A stretch of DNA of 64,000 bases from an uncultured Rhodospirillales bacterium (GTDB taxonomy: Bacteria > Pseudomonadota > Alphaproteobacteria > JAWKYA01): the NCBI GenBank assembly GCA_964397465.1, contig CAYNIC010000002.1:52162-116161 (forward strand). The letters are read 5' to 3'. A model generated the notes under the pieces. The model saw only the letters and a program-made list of their open reading frames with translations. It searched no databases and was not told the DNA's origin. Shown one piece after another: positions 21,066-31,109 of this stretch (the stretch's first letter is position 1; each line of letters opens with the position of its first letter). Both the position numbers and the translations under genes were made by a program.

Positions 21066-21540
21066 TTAACACGTCAGGGTGGCAGTCCCCGCAGAAAGGC
21101 TTGCCCGTGTGCGCATAATAATAGTGCAGCGGTAGTCCATAACCGTTTCGTTCTTGTGATTAAGGGTTTTGCAGATCAGGGTCACGTAACCGCGGTCGGC
21201 CCGGCTGGAAGGGCGGATTTCCAAAATCTCCGCCTCGGCCCGGATCGTATCCCCCCGGACGAACCGGCTTTAACCAACGAAGCTGCTCGAAACCCGGGGA
21301 TCCCATACTGCTGGCGGTAAACTGACGTTCTTGCCACAGCAGGCGAAAGGTTATGGCGAGGGTCTGAAATCCGCTGGCGATTAGCCCGGTATACGGACCT
21401 TTCTCGGCTGCACCTATATCGATATGGAAAGGCTGAGGGTCATAGATAAGGGCAAAATCAATAATGGCCGATTCGGTGAAGGTGTAGCCTCGGCTTTGCC
21501 AAATCTCGCCGACTTTGTAGTCTTCAAAGTATCTATCCAT
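21066..21540 (-). pseudogene. MaoC-like (R)-hydratase/hotdog-fold gene interrupted by a +1 frameshift in a C6 homopolymer
   Basis: The ORF 21160-21540 encodes a MaoC N-terminal half up to ...LRWLKPVRPG. The -1 frame then continues as DTIRAEAEILEIRPSSRADRGYVTLICKTLNHKNETVMDYRCTIIMRT* to 21066. The switch point is the CCCCCC run at 21250-21255. Confidence 0.6.
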
Positions 21541-21619
21541 GACCCTTGGATCCTTGTCCTAGGGATTCAGCTCACCGCAAAGCAGGACAAGGGTCAAGAC
21601 CAGATAAAGCGTAAACCCC

Positions 21620-22525
21620 TTACGCCGCGTGATCTTCGCGCATGGCCTGTTCCCATCCGATCAGCGCCAATTTACGGCCGGATCCCCAGAGATAGCCGCC
21701 GACGTGACCTGTGGCACGAATAACCCGGTGGCAGGGAATGAGGACAGAAACGGGATTGCGGCCATTGGCCGTTCCAACTGCGCGGGCGGCCTGGCCGCCG
21801 GTATACCCGAGACGTTTGGCCAACATGGAGTAGGTCGCAAGGCCGCCCGGCGGAATGGTCAGCAAAGCCTCCCACACCTTGACTTGAAAAGGCGTGCCTT
21901 GAAGATACAGCTTGAGCGGAGCGGTTCCCGGCTTCGGAAGACGGTCGCGAAAAATAAGCGGGATATAGGCCGCCGTATCGACGGGGCTTTCGACGAGACG
22001 CGCCGCCTGCCAGTTGCGGGTCAATAGAGCGAGGGACGGTTTGGGATCAGGTGTATCGACGAAGCCGAGTCCGACGATACCGCGCGGGCTGGCCACAATT
22101 AAGCAATCGCCAAAGGGCGAGGGATGAACGCCCCACTGCAAAGTCATTCCGTCGCCCTGACGTTTAAATTCTCCCGGCGTTGCCGCTTCGTAAGTGATCA
22201 TTAAATCATGCAGACGGCTAGGGCCCGATAATCCTGCATCTAACGCTGCATCCAAAACCGAGGCTGAGGCGGCAAGGCTTTGCTTAGCCGCTTCTAATGA
22301 CAAGTATTGTTGAAACCGTTTCGGGCTGATGCCGACCCAGCGGGTGAATTCGCGTTGGAAATGAAACGGACTTAAGCCGACGGATTCGGCGGCGCGCTCC
22401 AGATCAACCGCGCCGGCTTCTGGATTAGCCGCAAGAAAACCCAAGGCTTTTTCAATACGGCGATAGGCTTCGGATCTTTCCATCGTGGTTTCGACAGGGT
22501 TAATCTCTTGCGTTTGCAGAAGCAT
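21620..22525 (-). CDS. AraC-type HTH fused to methylated-DNA--protein-cysteine methyltransferase (Ada-like, lacking the N-Ada Zn domain)
   Basis: N-terminal AraC second HTH (LSPFHFQREFTRWVGISPKRFQQYL). C-terminal MGMT with the active-site PCHRV motif (VLIPCHRVIRATGHVGGY). Confidence 0.8.
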   Translation of the reverse strand: MLLQTQEINPVETTMERSEAYRRIEKALGFLAANPEAGAVDLERAAESVGLSPFHFQREFTRWVGISPKRFQQYLSLEAAKQSLAASASVLDAALDAGLSGPSRLHDLMITYEAATPGEFKRQGDGMTLQWGVHPSPFGDCLIVASPRGIVGLGFVDTPDPKPSLALLTRNWQAARLVESPVDTAAYIPLIFRDRLPKPGTAPLKLYLQGTPFQVKVWEALLTIPPGGLATYSMLAKRLGYTGGQAARAVGTANGRNPVSVLIPCHRVIRATGHVGGYLWGSGRKLALIGWEQAMREDHAA

Positions 22526-22527
22526 GA

Positions 22528-22737
22528 TCAAGCTCTCCAAAACGGTTTGGCCGTTTCTTCAAAAACATCCCGGCTTTCTAATCCGATATCGCGCAGCATT
22601 GTATCACTCATCGTCGCAAGCAAGTGCCGCTGATAGCTTCGCTCGTACCACGATAAAACAGTATCGATTACGTTTGTAAGCTGAAACGTTAAGTTTAAGT
22701 GGATCAGTCCGGGTAAGCGTAGCGATGTTTGTTTCAT
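22528..22737 (-). CDS. DUF1127 small protein
   Basis: 69 aa. The C-terminus LLATMSDTMLRDIGLESRDVFEETAKPFWRA matches the DUF1127 signature (LxxLSDxMLKDIGISRxD). Confidence 0.65.
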   Translation of the reverse strand: MKQTSLRLPGLIHLNLTFQLTNVIDTVLSWYERSYQRHLLATMSDTMLRDIGLESRDVFEETAKPFWRA

Positions 22738-22831
22738 AGCGATACCTCCTGCATATAGTCAGAAGGTAGCGATGGGAAGCACTTAAACCCACCCGGTTCT
22801 TGCTATGAAGACTACCTGATTTTCCAAAGAA

Positions 22832-23632
22832 TTAGCCAGGAATCTCTATGGTTCCTTCCAGATAAAATCGGGTTTTTCCGCGCATAAGAACGCGGTCATT
22901 TTTTAAGGTGCAGCCAAAATCGGCTCCGCGCGTCGAAGCTTGGCGGGCGCGTAAGGTTGTTTTCCCCAGGCGTTTGGCCCAATAGGGAACAAGAATGCAA
23001 TGGGCGCTGCCGGTCGCGGGGTCTTCGTCGATCCCGGCATGGGGGGCAAAATAGCGCGAGACGAAATCATGGTCTGGCGTATCACCCGGTGCGGTAACGA
23101 TCAGACCATCACGATCGAGCTGCTTAACAAAGTGCAAATCCGGTTTCATCTGACGCACAGTAGTCGCATCGCTAAACACCGCTAAGTTTTTAGAGGCAGC
23201 CAGCATCTGCGTTGGTGCTGCACCTAAGGCCTTTGCCAGACCGTGCGGAAGGGAAATGTGCTGTGGAGGTTGCGCGGGAAAATCCAATTCGTACTGATCG
23301 CCGCTGCGGCGAACGATTAAAGGTCCGGCGGTTTGGGTTGTGAATTGCGTCGTTTTCAGGGTTGGCTTTAATTTTTCCATGATGGTTGCCGCGGTCGCCA
23401 ATGTTGCATGACCGCACAGATCGACCTCCAAAACCGGCGTGAACCAGCGCAGGTGAAAACTATCACCTGTAGGAACAAAGAAAGCCGTTTCCGCTAGATT
23501 GTTTTCCGCGGCAATTGCCTGAAGCAGACCGTCCGGAAGCCAGGACGTCAGAGGGACGACGGCGGCCGGATTTCCCGAAAACGGCCTTCCCTCGATGACA
23601 AAGGCGTCCACCTGATAAAGAGGAAGCTGCAT
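22832..23632 (-). CDS. PhzF-family isomerase
   Basis: MQLPLYQVDAFVIEGRPFSGNPAAVVP...ETAFFV, the classic PhzF/YddE N-terminal block. About 266 aa. Confidence 0.8.
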   Translation of the reverse strand: MQLPLYQVDAFVIEGRPFSGNPAAVVPLTSWLPDGLLQAIAAENNLAETAFFVPTGDSFHLRWFTPVLEVDLCGHATLATAATIMEKLKPTLKTTQFTTQTAGPLIVRRSGDQYELDFPAQPPQHISLPHGLAKALGAAPTQMLAASKNLAVFSDATTVRQMKPDLHFVKQLDRDGLIVTAPGDTPDHDFVSRYFAPHAGIDEDPATGSAHCILVPYWAKRLGKTTLRARQASTRGADFGCTLKNDRVLMRGKTRFYLEGTIEIPG

Positions 23633-23636
23633 CGTC

Positions 23637-23852
23637 CTATGCTTTCCAAAAGGGTTTGTTGATTTCGGCGGCGGCATCGCTGCGGGAAATGCCGATGTCC
23701 TTCAACATGGCATCGCTGAGCCGGGCCAGGTGCCGCCGCTGCTTCAGGCGGGCGAGCCATGTTTGATAGAGGGGAGTCGCCCGTGAGGTGTCCTGGCTTT
23801 GGTTCAAGGATCTTGGGCTGGTTAAGTCTGTTTGCTTCAGAATTGTAACCAT
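23637..23852 (-). CDS. DUF1127 small protein (second paralogue)
   Basis: 71 aa ending ...LARLSDAMLKDIGISRSDAAAEINKPFWKA. There is a 4-nt gap to the phzF start. Confidence 0.65.
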   Translation of the reverse strand: MVTILKQTDLTSPRSLNQSQDTSRATPLYQTWLARLKQRRHLARLSDAMLKDIGISRSDAAAEINKPFWKA

Positions 23853-23934
23853 GACAATCTCTCCATGACTTAATAATTGTTATAGTTACATAGTGACAAT
23901 TTAACCTCTACAGTTATATTGTCCCGGTGACATT
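23852..23934. promoter_or_regulatory. Divergent promoter region with four TGACA(A/T)T-like direct repeats (candidate MocR operator)
   Basis: TGACAAT at 23852 and 23894, TGACTTA at 23866, and TGACATT at 23928. Confidence 0.3.
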
Positions 23935-23943
23935 GGAGGGTAA

Positions 23944-25323
23944 ATGACCTGGACTCCTGTAATTGCCGATCGCACCGGCCCGATCTATCGCTCGATTGCC
24001 GATGCCTTGGCTGAGGATGTAGCGCAAGGCCGCTTAAAGCCGGGCACGCGGCTGCCGACCCATCGCGATTTGGCTTATCGGTTAGGCGTTACCATTGGCA
24101 CGATCACCCGCGCCTATGCCGAAGGGGAAAAACGCGGCCTCCTGGCCGGGGAGGTGGGTCGCGGCACCTTTGTCCGTCCGTCGACGAACAATATTATGAT
24201 CGAAGATCAATCCTCGGAGCCGATCAATTTGACAACAGTGGTGCCGGGGACCGTCGCGACCGTCGCCCCCATAGTTGCGGCGAAAATGAAAGCCGTCGCT
24301 GAAGATCAAAATTTTTTTAGTCTTTTGACCTACCATCCCTATGGCGGCAGTGAACGGCATCGCGCGGCCGGGGCGGTGTGGATGCAGTCCTTGGGAATCG
24401 AGGCTGATCCTGCCCGCGTTTTAATCTCCGCCGGGGCGCAGCATGGGATTTTAATCGCCTTTGCCGCCTTGGCCCGCGCCGGCGATACCGTGGTTTCCGA
24501 ATGTTTATCCTATGGCAGCGTGCGGTCGACCGCCGAGCTTCTAGGTTTGAAATTACGCGGCTTGGCGATGGACGAGCACGGGCTGCTTCCCGATGCCTTC
24601 GATGCGGCATGCCGAAGCGGCAAGGTGCGGATCGTTTATTGCCTGCCGACCCTGCATAATCCCACGACCTTGATCATGCCCCCGGATCGTCGGGCGGCGA
24701 TCGCCGACATCGCCCGGCGGCATGACGTCATGATTGTTGAGGACGATATCTACCGGCCCTTGGCCAAGAATCCGCCGCCGCCGATTTCGTTCTATGCGCC
24801 CGAGCGTACGGTGACGATCGCCGGGTTATCCAAGGCCTTGATGCCGGGGTTGCGGGTGGCTTATCTCCATGGCCAGGCGGCCGTATCCGGCGCCTTGGCC
24901 GGCGCGGTGCGGGCGAGTGTCATGATGACGAACCCGATCATCAATGAAGTCGCCGCGCAGTTGATTGAAAGCGGTGATGCGGCGCGAATCATGCAGGCTA
25001 ATCGTGTCGATGCGGCGCAGCGGCAGCAGATTGCCCGCCGGATTATGCCGAGGGTTTTTGACCGGTGCGAAGCCGAAGCCGCTCATCTCTGGCTGCCTCT
25101 GCCGGCACCGTGGACGTCGGCCAATTTTATTGCCATTGCCCGCGAACGCGGCGTCAGCATCTGGCCGGCGGAAAGTTTTTATCATGGTCTTGGATCGCCG
25201 CCGGCTGCCGTTCGCTTGGGTCTGGGTGCTACGGGATCGCACGAGCGGCTGCAGCGGGCGCTAATCATTCTGCGTGAATTGCTGCAAAGCGATCCGATGG
25301 CGGAAACTGCGCCGGTCGTGTAG
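23944..25323 (+). CDS. MocR/GabR-family transcriptional regulator (GntR HTH plus PLP-dependent aminotransferase-like domain)
   Basis: N-terminal wHTH (IYRSIADALAEDVAQGRLKPGTRLPTHRDLAYRLGVTIGTITRAY), then a ~350 aa type-I aminotransferase fold. Confidence 0.85.
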   Translation: MTWTPVIADRTGPIYRSIADALAEDVAQGRLKPGTRLPTHRDLAYRLGVTIGTITRAYAEGEKRGLLAGEVGRGTFVRPSTNNIMIEDQSSEPINLTTVVPGTVATVAPIVAAKMKAVAEDQNFFSLLTYHPYGGSERHRAAGAVWMQSLGIEADPARVLISAGAQHGILIAFAALARAGDTVVSECLSYGSVRSTAELLGLKLRGLAMDEHGLLPDAFDAACRSGKVRIVYCLPTLHNPTTLIMPPDRRAAIADIARRHDVMIVEDDIYRPLAKNPPPPISFYAPERTVTIAGLSKALMPGLRVAYLHGQAAVSGALAGAVRASVMMTNPIINEVAAQLIESGDAARIMQANRVDAAQRQQIARRIMPRVFDRCEAEAAHLWLPLPAPWTSANFIAIARERGVSIWPAESFYHGLGSPPAAVRLGLGATGSHERLQRALIILRELLQSDPMAETAPVV

Positions 25324-25329
25324 GACGCT

Positions 25330-26154
25330 TTAACGCTTTGCGGGAAAAGCATTCACGGTATGAAGATGATTGAGCGGCCCATGACCATGGCCAAGCCCGG
25401 GTGCGGTGCGGATGGCCTCCATCACGTAAGCGCGCGCGCGCCGAACGGCCGCGTCAATATTTAAACCTTGGGCGAGACCGGTGGCAATCGCCGAGGCCAA
25501 GGTGCATCCAGTGCCATGGGTATGCGCTGTCTCGATGCGTCGGTCTTCAAATCGCAGACACCCTGTTGCCGTCACCAAAACATCGATGATGCGATCGCCG
25601 GTTAAGTGACCGCCCTTCACCAACACGGCCTGCGGACCAAAGGCCAATAAGGCTTCACCGGCCCGCTGCATCTCTGTTTCATTCTGAACGGAAAATCCAA
25701 CCAGAGTTTCGGCTTCAGGCAGGTTAGGGGTCAAAACCGTCGCGAGCTTCAGTAGCTTATGTTTCAAGGCGGCACCGGCGTCGGGCTGCAACAAGGCCTG
25801 CCCGCCCTTGGCTATCATAACCGGATCGACGACGACGGCCGCGCGAGAGCAATACTGCCGCAGGGCGCCAACTACCGTCTCGATGACGGCTGTGTTATGC
25901 AGCATGCCGGTTTTGACGACATCGACGCCGATATCCTCCGCCACCAAAGAGATTTGCTGCCGGATAAAATCCGTCGGCACATCGTGAATGCCGAACACAC
26001 CTTGCGTATTTTGCGCGGTTAGAGCGGTGATGGCGGTCATCGCGTAGCCGCCCAAGGCTGTGACGGTTTTGATGTCGGCTTGGATTCCTGCGCCGCCACC
26101 GGAATCCGATCCCGCAACGATCAAGACCCGAGCCGGTTTCGAAGAAATGCTCAC
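25330..26154 (-). CDS. thiD: Hydroxymethylpyrimidine/phosphomethylpyrimidine kinase
   Basis: 274 aa with [20 protein letters not shown] at the N-terminus. GTG start overlapping the glmM stop. Confidence 0.85.
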   Translation of the reverse strand: MSISSKPARVLIVAGSDSGGGAGIQADIKTVTALGGYAMTAITALTAQNTQGVFGIHDVPTDFIRQQISLVAEDIGVDVVKTGMLHNTAVIETVVGALRQYCSRAAVVVDPVMIAKGGQALLQPDAGAALKHKLLKLATVLTPNLPEAETLVGFSVQNETEMQRAGEALLAFGPQAVLVKGGHLTGDRIIDVLVTATGCLRFEDRRIETAHTHGTGCTLASAIATGLAQGLNIDAAVRRARAYVMEAIRTAPGLGHGHGPLNHLHTVNAFPAKR

Positions 26155-27503
26155 TTTATGGCGGCTCGCTCGACCGCGGCCACGACGTCGCCCACGATAG
26201 CCTCGACCAGATGCGCGTCATCGCCTTCGGCCATCACCCGAATAAGCGGCTCGGTACCCGAAGGACGAATAAGTAGACGGCCTTTATCGCCCAATTTTGT
26301 CTCGCCGTTTTTGATCGTTGTTTGCACGACCCGATCTTCCAACGGTTTCCCACCCTTGATGCGAACATTGCGAAGAACTTGGGGAACGGGCTCGAACACA
26401 TGAGCCGCCTCACTCACAGGTCGCTGCAACTCCAAGATCGCCGCGAGGACTTGCAAGGCCGCAACCAACCCATCACCGGTGGTCGCCATGTCGCCCAGGA
26501 TGATATGGCCGGATTGTTCGCCACCGACATTGTAGCCGCCTTCGCGCATGCGCTCGACCACGTAGCGATCTCCCACGGCGGTGCGGATCAGCGTCAGCCC
26601 AAGTTTTTTAAGGTGGCGTTCAAGTCCAAGATTGGACATCACCGTGGCGACGACACCGCCGCCTTTGAGCCGGCCCTGACGCTGCCAGGATTGAGCAATT
26701 AGTCCCATCAGTTGATCACCATCAAGAACCGTGCCGTGTTCGTCAGCCATGACGACCCGGTCGGCGTCGCCGTCAAGGGCAATCCCCAGATCGGCACCGT
26801 GGGAAACAACTTGCTGGCGCATCGCTTCCGGCAAGGTAGCGCCACAGGCGGCATTGATGTTGCGGCCGTTAGGTTCCACCGCCAAGGGCACAACCTCAGC
26901 ACCCAGTTCGCGAAATACGATCGGGGCCACCCGATAAGCGGCACCATGAGCGCAGTCGACAACAATCTTAAGGCCATCAAGGCGCAAATGCCGGGGAAAG
27001 GTTTGTTTGACGAATTCGATATACCGTCCCGGCGCATCGTCTAGGCGCTGCGCCTTACCAAGAGCCCTTCCTTGCGGCAGATCGCTGGTTAGGCTTTCGG
27101 CATGCATCAAGGCTTCGATTTTACCTTCGATCTGATCGGATAGCTTATAGCCATCGGGACCGAACAGCTTGATGCCATTATCTTCAAATGGATTGTGGGA
27201 GGCGGAAATCATCACGCCCAAATCGGCCCGCAGGGATCGCGTTAGCATGGCAATGGCCGGTGTGGGCAATGGGCCCAACAGAGCGACGTCCATGCCCATG
27301 GAAATAAAACCCGCGGTCAAGGCCGGCTCCAGCATGTAGCCGGAAAGACGAGTGTCCTTGCCAATGACGACCCGGTGACGGTGATCGCCACGGGTAAATT
27401 GCCGGGCGGCGGCCATGGCGACACGCAAGGCGGTGGTCGCCGTCATCGGCTCGGAATTTGCGGCGCCGCGAATCCCGTCTGTTCCGAATAACTTACGGGT
27501 CAT
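26151..27503 (-). CDS. glmM: Phosphoglucosamine mutase
   Basis: 450 aa with the FGTDGIRG start and the active-site serine loop ISASHNP. Confidence 0.9.
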   Translation of the reverse strand: MTRKLFGTDGIRGAANSEPMTATTALRVAMAAARQFTRGDHRHRVVIGKDTRLSGYMLEPALTAGFISMGMDVALLGPLPTPAIAMLTRSLRADLGVMISASHNPFEDNGIKLFGPDGYKLSDQIEGKIEALMHAESLTSDLPQGRALGKAQRLDDAPGRYIEFVKQTFPRHLRLDGLKIVVDCAHGAAYRVAPIVFRELGAEVVPLAVEPNGRNINAACGATLPEAMRQQVVSHGADLGIALDGDADRVVMADEHGTVLDGDQLMGLIAQSWQRQGRLKGGGVVATVMSNLGLERHLKKLGLTLIRTAVGDRYVVERMREGGYNVGGEQSGHIILGDMATTGDGLVAALQVLAAILELQRPVSEAAHVFEPVPQVLRNVRIKGGKPLEDRVVQTTIKNGETKLGDKGRLLIRPSGTEPLIRVMAEGDDAHLVEAIVGDVVAAVERAAIK

Positions 27504-27567
27504 GGTGTGACGATAAACATTAAAAAACCCCTGGGGAAACCTGGAGGATTATATCACGAACTCAGCA

Positions 27568-27603
27568 AAAAGGCCGCAGTTTTTGCGCAAAACCGCGGCC
27601 TTC
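27568..27603 (-). terminator. Rho-independent terminator after ftsH
   Basis: On the minus strand, AAGGCCGCGGTTTTGCGCAAAAACTGCGGCCTT forms a long nested hairpin, followed by TTTTGCT. Confidence 0.55.
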
Positions 27604-27631
27604 GCAGGATTACGATAATTAGTCGTTGGGA

Positions 27632-29542
27632 TTAATCGCCGGGTTGGGGCTCAGGTGCGCCGCCCGGACGGGTCGTGGGGACGGATCCGCGGCGACGCGG
27701 CGGCTTTTTGGAGCCGTCATCGGATGACGCGCGCACGATGGATTTCCCGCTCAACACGGCGGCAACTTCATCCCCGCTCAGGGTTTCATGCTCGACCAAG
27801 GCCTTGGCCAGGCGATGCAGATCTTGCAGATGCTCGGTCAGGATTTCACGGGCTCTTTTGTAGCCGATCTCGACGATCCGGCGGATTTCTTCGTCGATCA
27901 ATTGCGCCGTCGCATCGGAAATGTTTTTGCGCTGGGTGACCGAATGACCCAGGAAAACCTCTTCCTCGTTTTCACTGTAACGAAGCGGGCCCAATTTTTC
28001 GCTCATGCCCCATTCGGTGACCATCATCCGGGCAAGGCGTGTGGCTTGACGGATATCGTCGGCAGCCCCGGTATTCAAATGGGATTCTCCATAGATAAGC
28101 TGTTCGGCAACCCGTCCGCCGAAGCAAACCGCAAGGCGGCTGTCGAAGAAGTTTTTCGATTGCGAATACTTATCCCGCTCCGGCAAGGCAAAGGTGACGC
28201 CCAGGGCGCGGCCGCGTGGAATGATCGTCACTTTATGCAACGGATCATATTCGGGCACGTTCATAATCACCAAGGCGTGTCCCGCTTCATGATAAGCAGT
28301 CGCTAATTTCTCTTCCTCGGTCATGACCATGGAGCGGCGTTCCGTCCCCATCATCACCTTATCCTTGGCTTCTTCGAAATCCTCCATGGTGACAACACGG
28401 CGGGATTTGCGCGCGGCAAGAAGAGCGGCTTCATTCACGAGATTGGCAAGGTCCGCGCCGGAGAATCCCGGCGTGCCCCGAGCGATCACCCGGGCATCCA
28501 CATCAGGAGATAGCGGAACTTTACGCATATGGACTTTAAGAATGTGCTCACGGCCCAAGATATCGGGATTCGGCACAACGATCTGCCGATCGAACCGACC
28601 GGGACGCAGCAGGGCGGGATCCAAGACATCGGGACGGTTGGTGGCGGCGATCAGGATCACTCCGTCGTTCATCTCGAAGCCGTCCATTTCGACCAGCAAT
28701 TGGTTCAAGGTCTGTTCGCGCTCGTCGTTGCCGCCGCCTAGCCCGGCGCCGCGATGACGGCCGACCGCATCGATTTCGTCGATGAAAATAATGCACGGCG
28801 CATTCTTCTTGGCTTGCTCGAACATGTCGCGAACCCGGCTGGCGCCGACACCGACAAACATTTCGACGAAATCCGATCCCGAGATGGTAAAGAACGGGAC
28901 GTTGGCTTCGCCGGCGATGGCGCGGGCCAATAGTGTTTTACCGGTCCCCGGCGGTCCGATCAGCAAGCAACCTTTGGGGATTTTACCGCCCAGACGCTGA
29001 AACTTTTGCGGGTCGCGCAGAAAGTCGACGATCTCATAAAGCTCGCCCTTGGCCTCTTCGATGCCGGCGACATCGTCAAAGGTGATCCGTCCCTGGCGCT
29101 CGGTTAAAAGCCGGGCGCGGCTTTTGCCGAAGCCCATGGCCTTGCCGCCGCCTCCCTGCATTTGACGCATAAAGAATACCCAAACGCCGATCAGCAGCAA
29201 CATCGGCGCCCAGTTCAAGAGAATAGCGAGCAGCGAGGGCGTAGCCTCATCCACCGGCGCGGCCTTAATGGTGACCCCGCCGTTACGAAGTTGCTGCACT
29301 AAACCGGGATCGGGCGGGGCATAGGTTGAATAAGCCCGACCATCGGTGAAATGTCCGCTGATGGTGTTGCCTTGAATCAGGGCGTCACGGATCTGTTTGC
29401 CGTCAACAGCGCTGACAAAATCGGAATAAGCCAAAATTGATTTTGACTCATTCTCGCCCGGGTTCCGGAAGAGGTTAAACAGCGCTAATACCAGAAGGCC
29501 AATGATGACCCAGAGAGCAATGTTACGGCCAAAGATATTCAC
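27632..29542 (-). CDS. ftsH: ATP-dependent zinc metalloprotease FtsH
   Basis: 636 aa. Two TM helices, an AAA+ module ([23 protein letters not shown]), and a Zn-protease HEAGH motif. GTG start. Confidence 0.95.
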   Translation of the reverse strand: MNIFGRNIALWVIIGLLVLALFNLFRNPGENESKSILAYSDFVSAVDGKQIRDALIQGNTISGHFTDGRAYSTYAPPDPGLVQQLRNGGVTIKAAPVDEATPSLLAILLNWAPMLLLIGVWVFFMRQMQGGGGKAMGFGKSRARLLTERQGRITFDDVAGIEEAKGELYEIVDFLRDPQKFQRLGGKIPKGCLLIGPPGTGKTLLARAIAGEANVPFFTISGSDFVEMFVGVGASRVRDMFEQAKKNAPCIIFIDEIDAVGRHRGAGLGGGNDEREQTLNQLLVEMDGFEMNDGVILIAATNRPDVLDPALLRPGRFDRQIVVPNPDILGREHILKVHMRKVPLSPDVDARVIARGTPGFSGADLANLVNEAALLAARKSRRVVTMEDFEEAKDKVMMGTERRSMVMTEEEKLATAYHEAGHALVIMNVPEYDPLHKVTIIPRGRALGVTFALPERDKYSQSKNFFDSRLAVCFGGRVAEQLIYGESHLNTGAADDIRQATRLARMMVTEWGMSEKLGPLRYSENEEEVFLGHSVTQRKNISDATAQLIDEEIRRIVEIGYKRAREILTEHLQDLHRLAKALVEHETLSGDEVAAVLSGKSIVRASSDDGSKKPPRRRGSVPTTRPGGAPEPQPGD

Positions 29543-29653
29543 GTGAAGGGGTCGCTTTCGATTGCGATAGAAGCGCGGGGCAACGGCGCGCGGGAAAAGC
29601 CCTTAAGCATTATTTAGTGCGTTATCCGACTTTCGCAACATCCCTTGAAATAC

Positions 29654-31105
29654 TTAATTTGGCCTTAAAAAACAAAAAGATGCCGGCGCCAAGGGATGTT
29701 GAGGTCGAAACTGCACAGTTTCCTTAATAATTCTAACAGGATCAGACCCGAGACGTCCATAAATAGCTGTCGCGGGACGTAAATAACCCAGATGAGGAAT
29801 CGCCAGGATTCCTGAGGAATCTTTGAGGACGGGCAGGGTGTCACGCACCAAGGCGGGAAGATCGGCACCGGCACCTTCCGGTAAATTTTTCGGGAGGAGG
29901 GCCGGTTGCCGGCCAAGAGCATCAATGATCAGCGACTCCTTCGTGCCAGAACAGAACAAGGACATCTCTACCAAGAACCGCTCATCCCACAAAATGGCGC
30001 GCGAGGTCGCCTCTTGGTCCGCAAAGGCCAAAGAAATCAGCGGATGTTCCACCCGCAAGGCTGGCGCGCAAGCACCAGGTTCCCGGCACACGAAGAGCTG
30101 AAGAATTTTTTGGTGAGGGCGCAAGCTCCAGCAACATCCGCCAAGGGTGCATTGCCGACTAACAGAAGGATTTTGCAGCCCGTGCCGTAACCAGGCCACC
30201 AAACTCTGCAGCCGTTCGGTCCGAGGGGGATAGCCTTGGGTTCCGACGCACAAAGCCAGCCGGCGTAAAATTTGCATAAGACGGGTGTCATCAAGGTCTA
30301 GTTCCGTAACATCCAAAGTCGCAAAACCATGACGATCCACAGTTGCGCGCGCGGCTAACAGCGATGCGGTTTGACTTTCGGTCAGGGCGCGGCGGGCCCC
30401 GGCTTCACCTGCTGAATTGATCGCCTCGAGCCGGGCGGTTTCAGTCAGAGTTTTTCGCAATCGCGCACGTGTAAAACGAGGATTGATGTTGCTGGGATCG
30501 GTAAGAAAATCTTGTCTGCGATATTGTAGATCGCGAAGAAGGGCGTCGTGACGCAGGCCAAGCAGCGGCCGGAGCAATCGAAGCTGGGGCAATTCGACAA
30601 TCGCCGCCATCCCCGCCAACCCATCAGGACCGCTGTGGCGATTGGTGCGAAAAACAACGGTCTCCGCTTGATCGTCGGCATGGTGACCCAGCAACAAATG
30701 CAGGATGCCCTCTCTGCGGCACCAGGTGGTCAGAAGGTGGTAGCGAGCCTGGCGTGCCGCATCCTGGATCCCCGTTTCGGGTTTGGGTCCCTCCCATTCC
30801 AAGATATGATGCGCGATCCCATAATCGGCCATCCACGTAGCGACTTGTGCTGCTTCCGGCGTACTTTCGGGGCGGAGCTTATGATCGACGGTAAGAGCCA
30901 TAACCTGGCCATTACGCGCCCCGCACCATTCGGCGGTAAGAAAAACCAGCGCCAGGCTGTCGGGTCCTCCTGATACGGCAACCGCCACACGAGGCGCCGT
31001 TTCAAAGGGACCTAATTTTGCTAAGGCGGCGTCAAAGGCCGCAAAAACATCTGGATCGCCCGGAGCTAAACGATGAGGGAGAGTCACCGTTCCGGCAACG
31101 ATCAT
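29654..31105 (-). CDS. tilS: tRNA(Ile)-lysidine synthetase
   Basis: 483 aa with a PP-loop SGGPDS near the N-terminus. Confidence 0.8.
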   Translation of the reverse strand: MIVAGTVTLPHRLAPGDPDVFAAFDAALAKLGPFETAPRVAVAVSGGPDSLALVFLTAEWCGARNGQVMALTVDHKLRPESTPEAAQVATWMADYGIAHHILEWEGPKPETGIQDAARQARYHLLTTWCRREGILHLLLGHHADDQAETVVFRTNRHSGPDGLAGMAAIVELPQLRLLRPLLGLRHDALLRDLQYRRQDFLTDPSNINPRFTRARLRKTLTETARLEAINSAGEAGARRALTESQTASLLAARATVDRHGFATLDVTELDLDDTRLMQILRRLALCVGTQGYPPRTERLQSLVAWLRHGLQNPSVSRQCTLGGCCWSLRPHQKILQLFVCREPGACAPALRVEHPLISLAFADQEATSRAILWDERFLVEMSLFCSGTKESLIIDALGRQPALLPKNLPEGAGADLPALVRDTLPVLKDSSGILAIPHLGYLRPATAIYGRLGSDPVRIIKETVQFRPQHPLAPASFCFLRPN

Positions 31106-31109
31106 CTAC

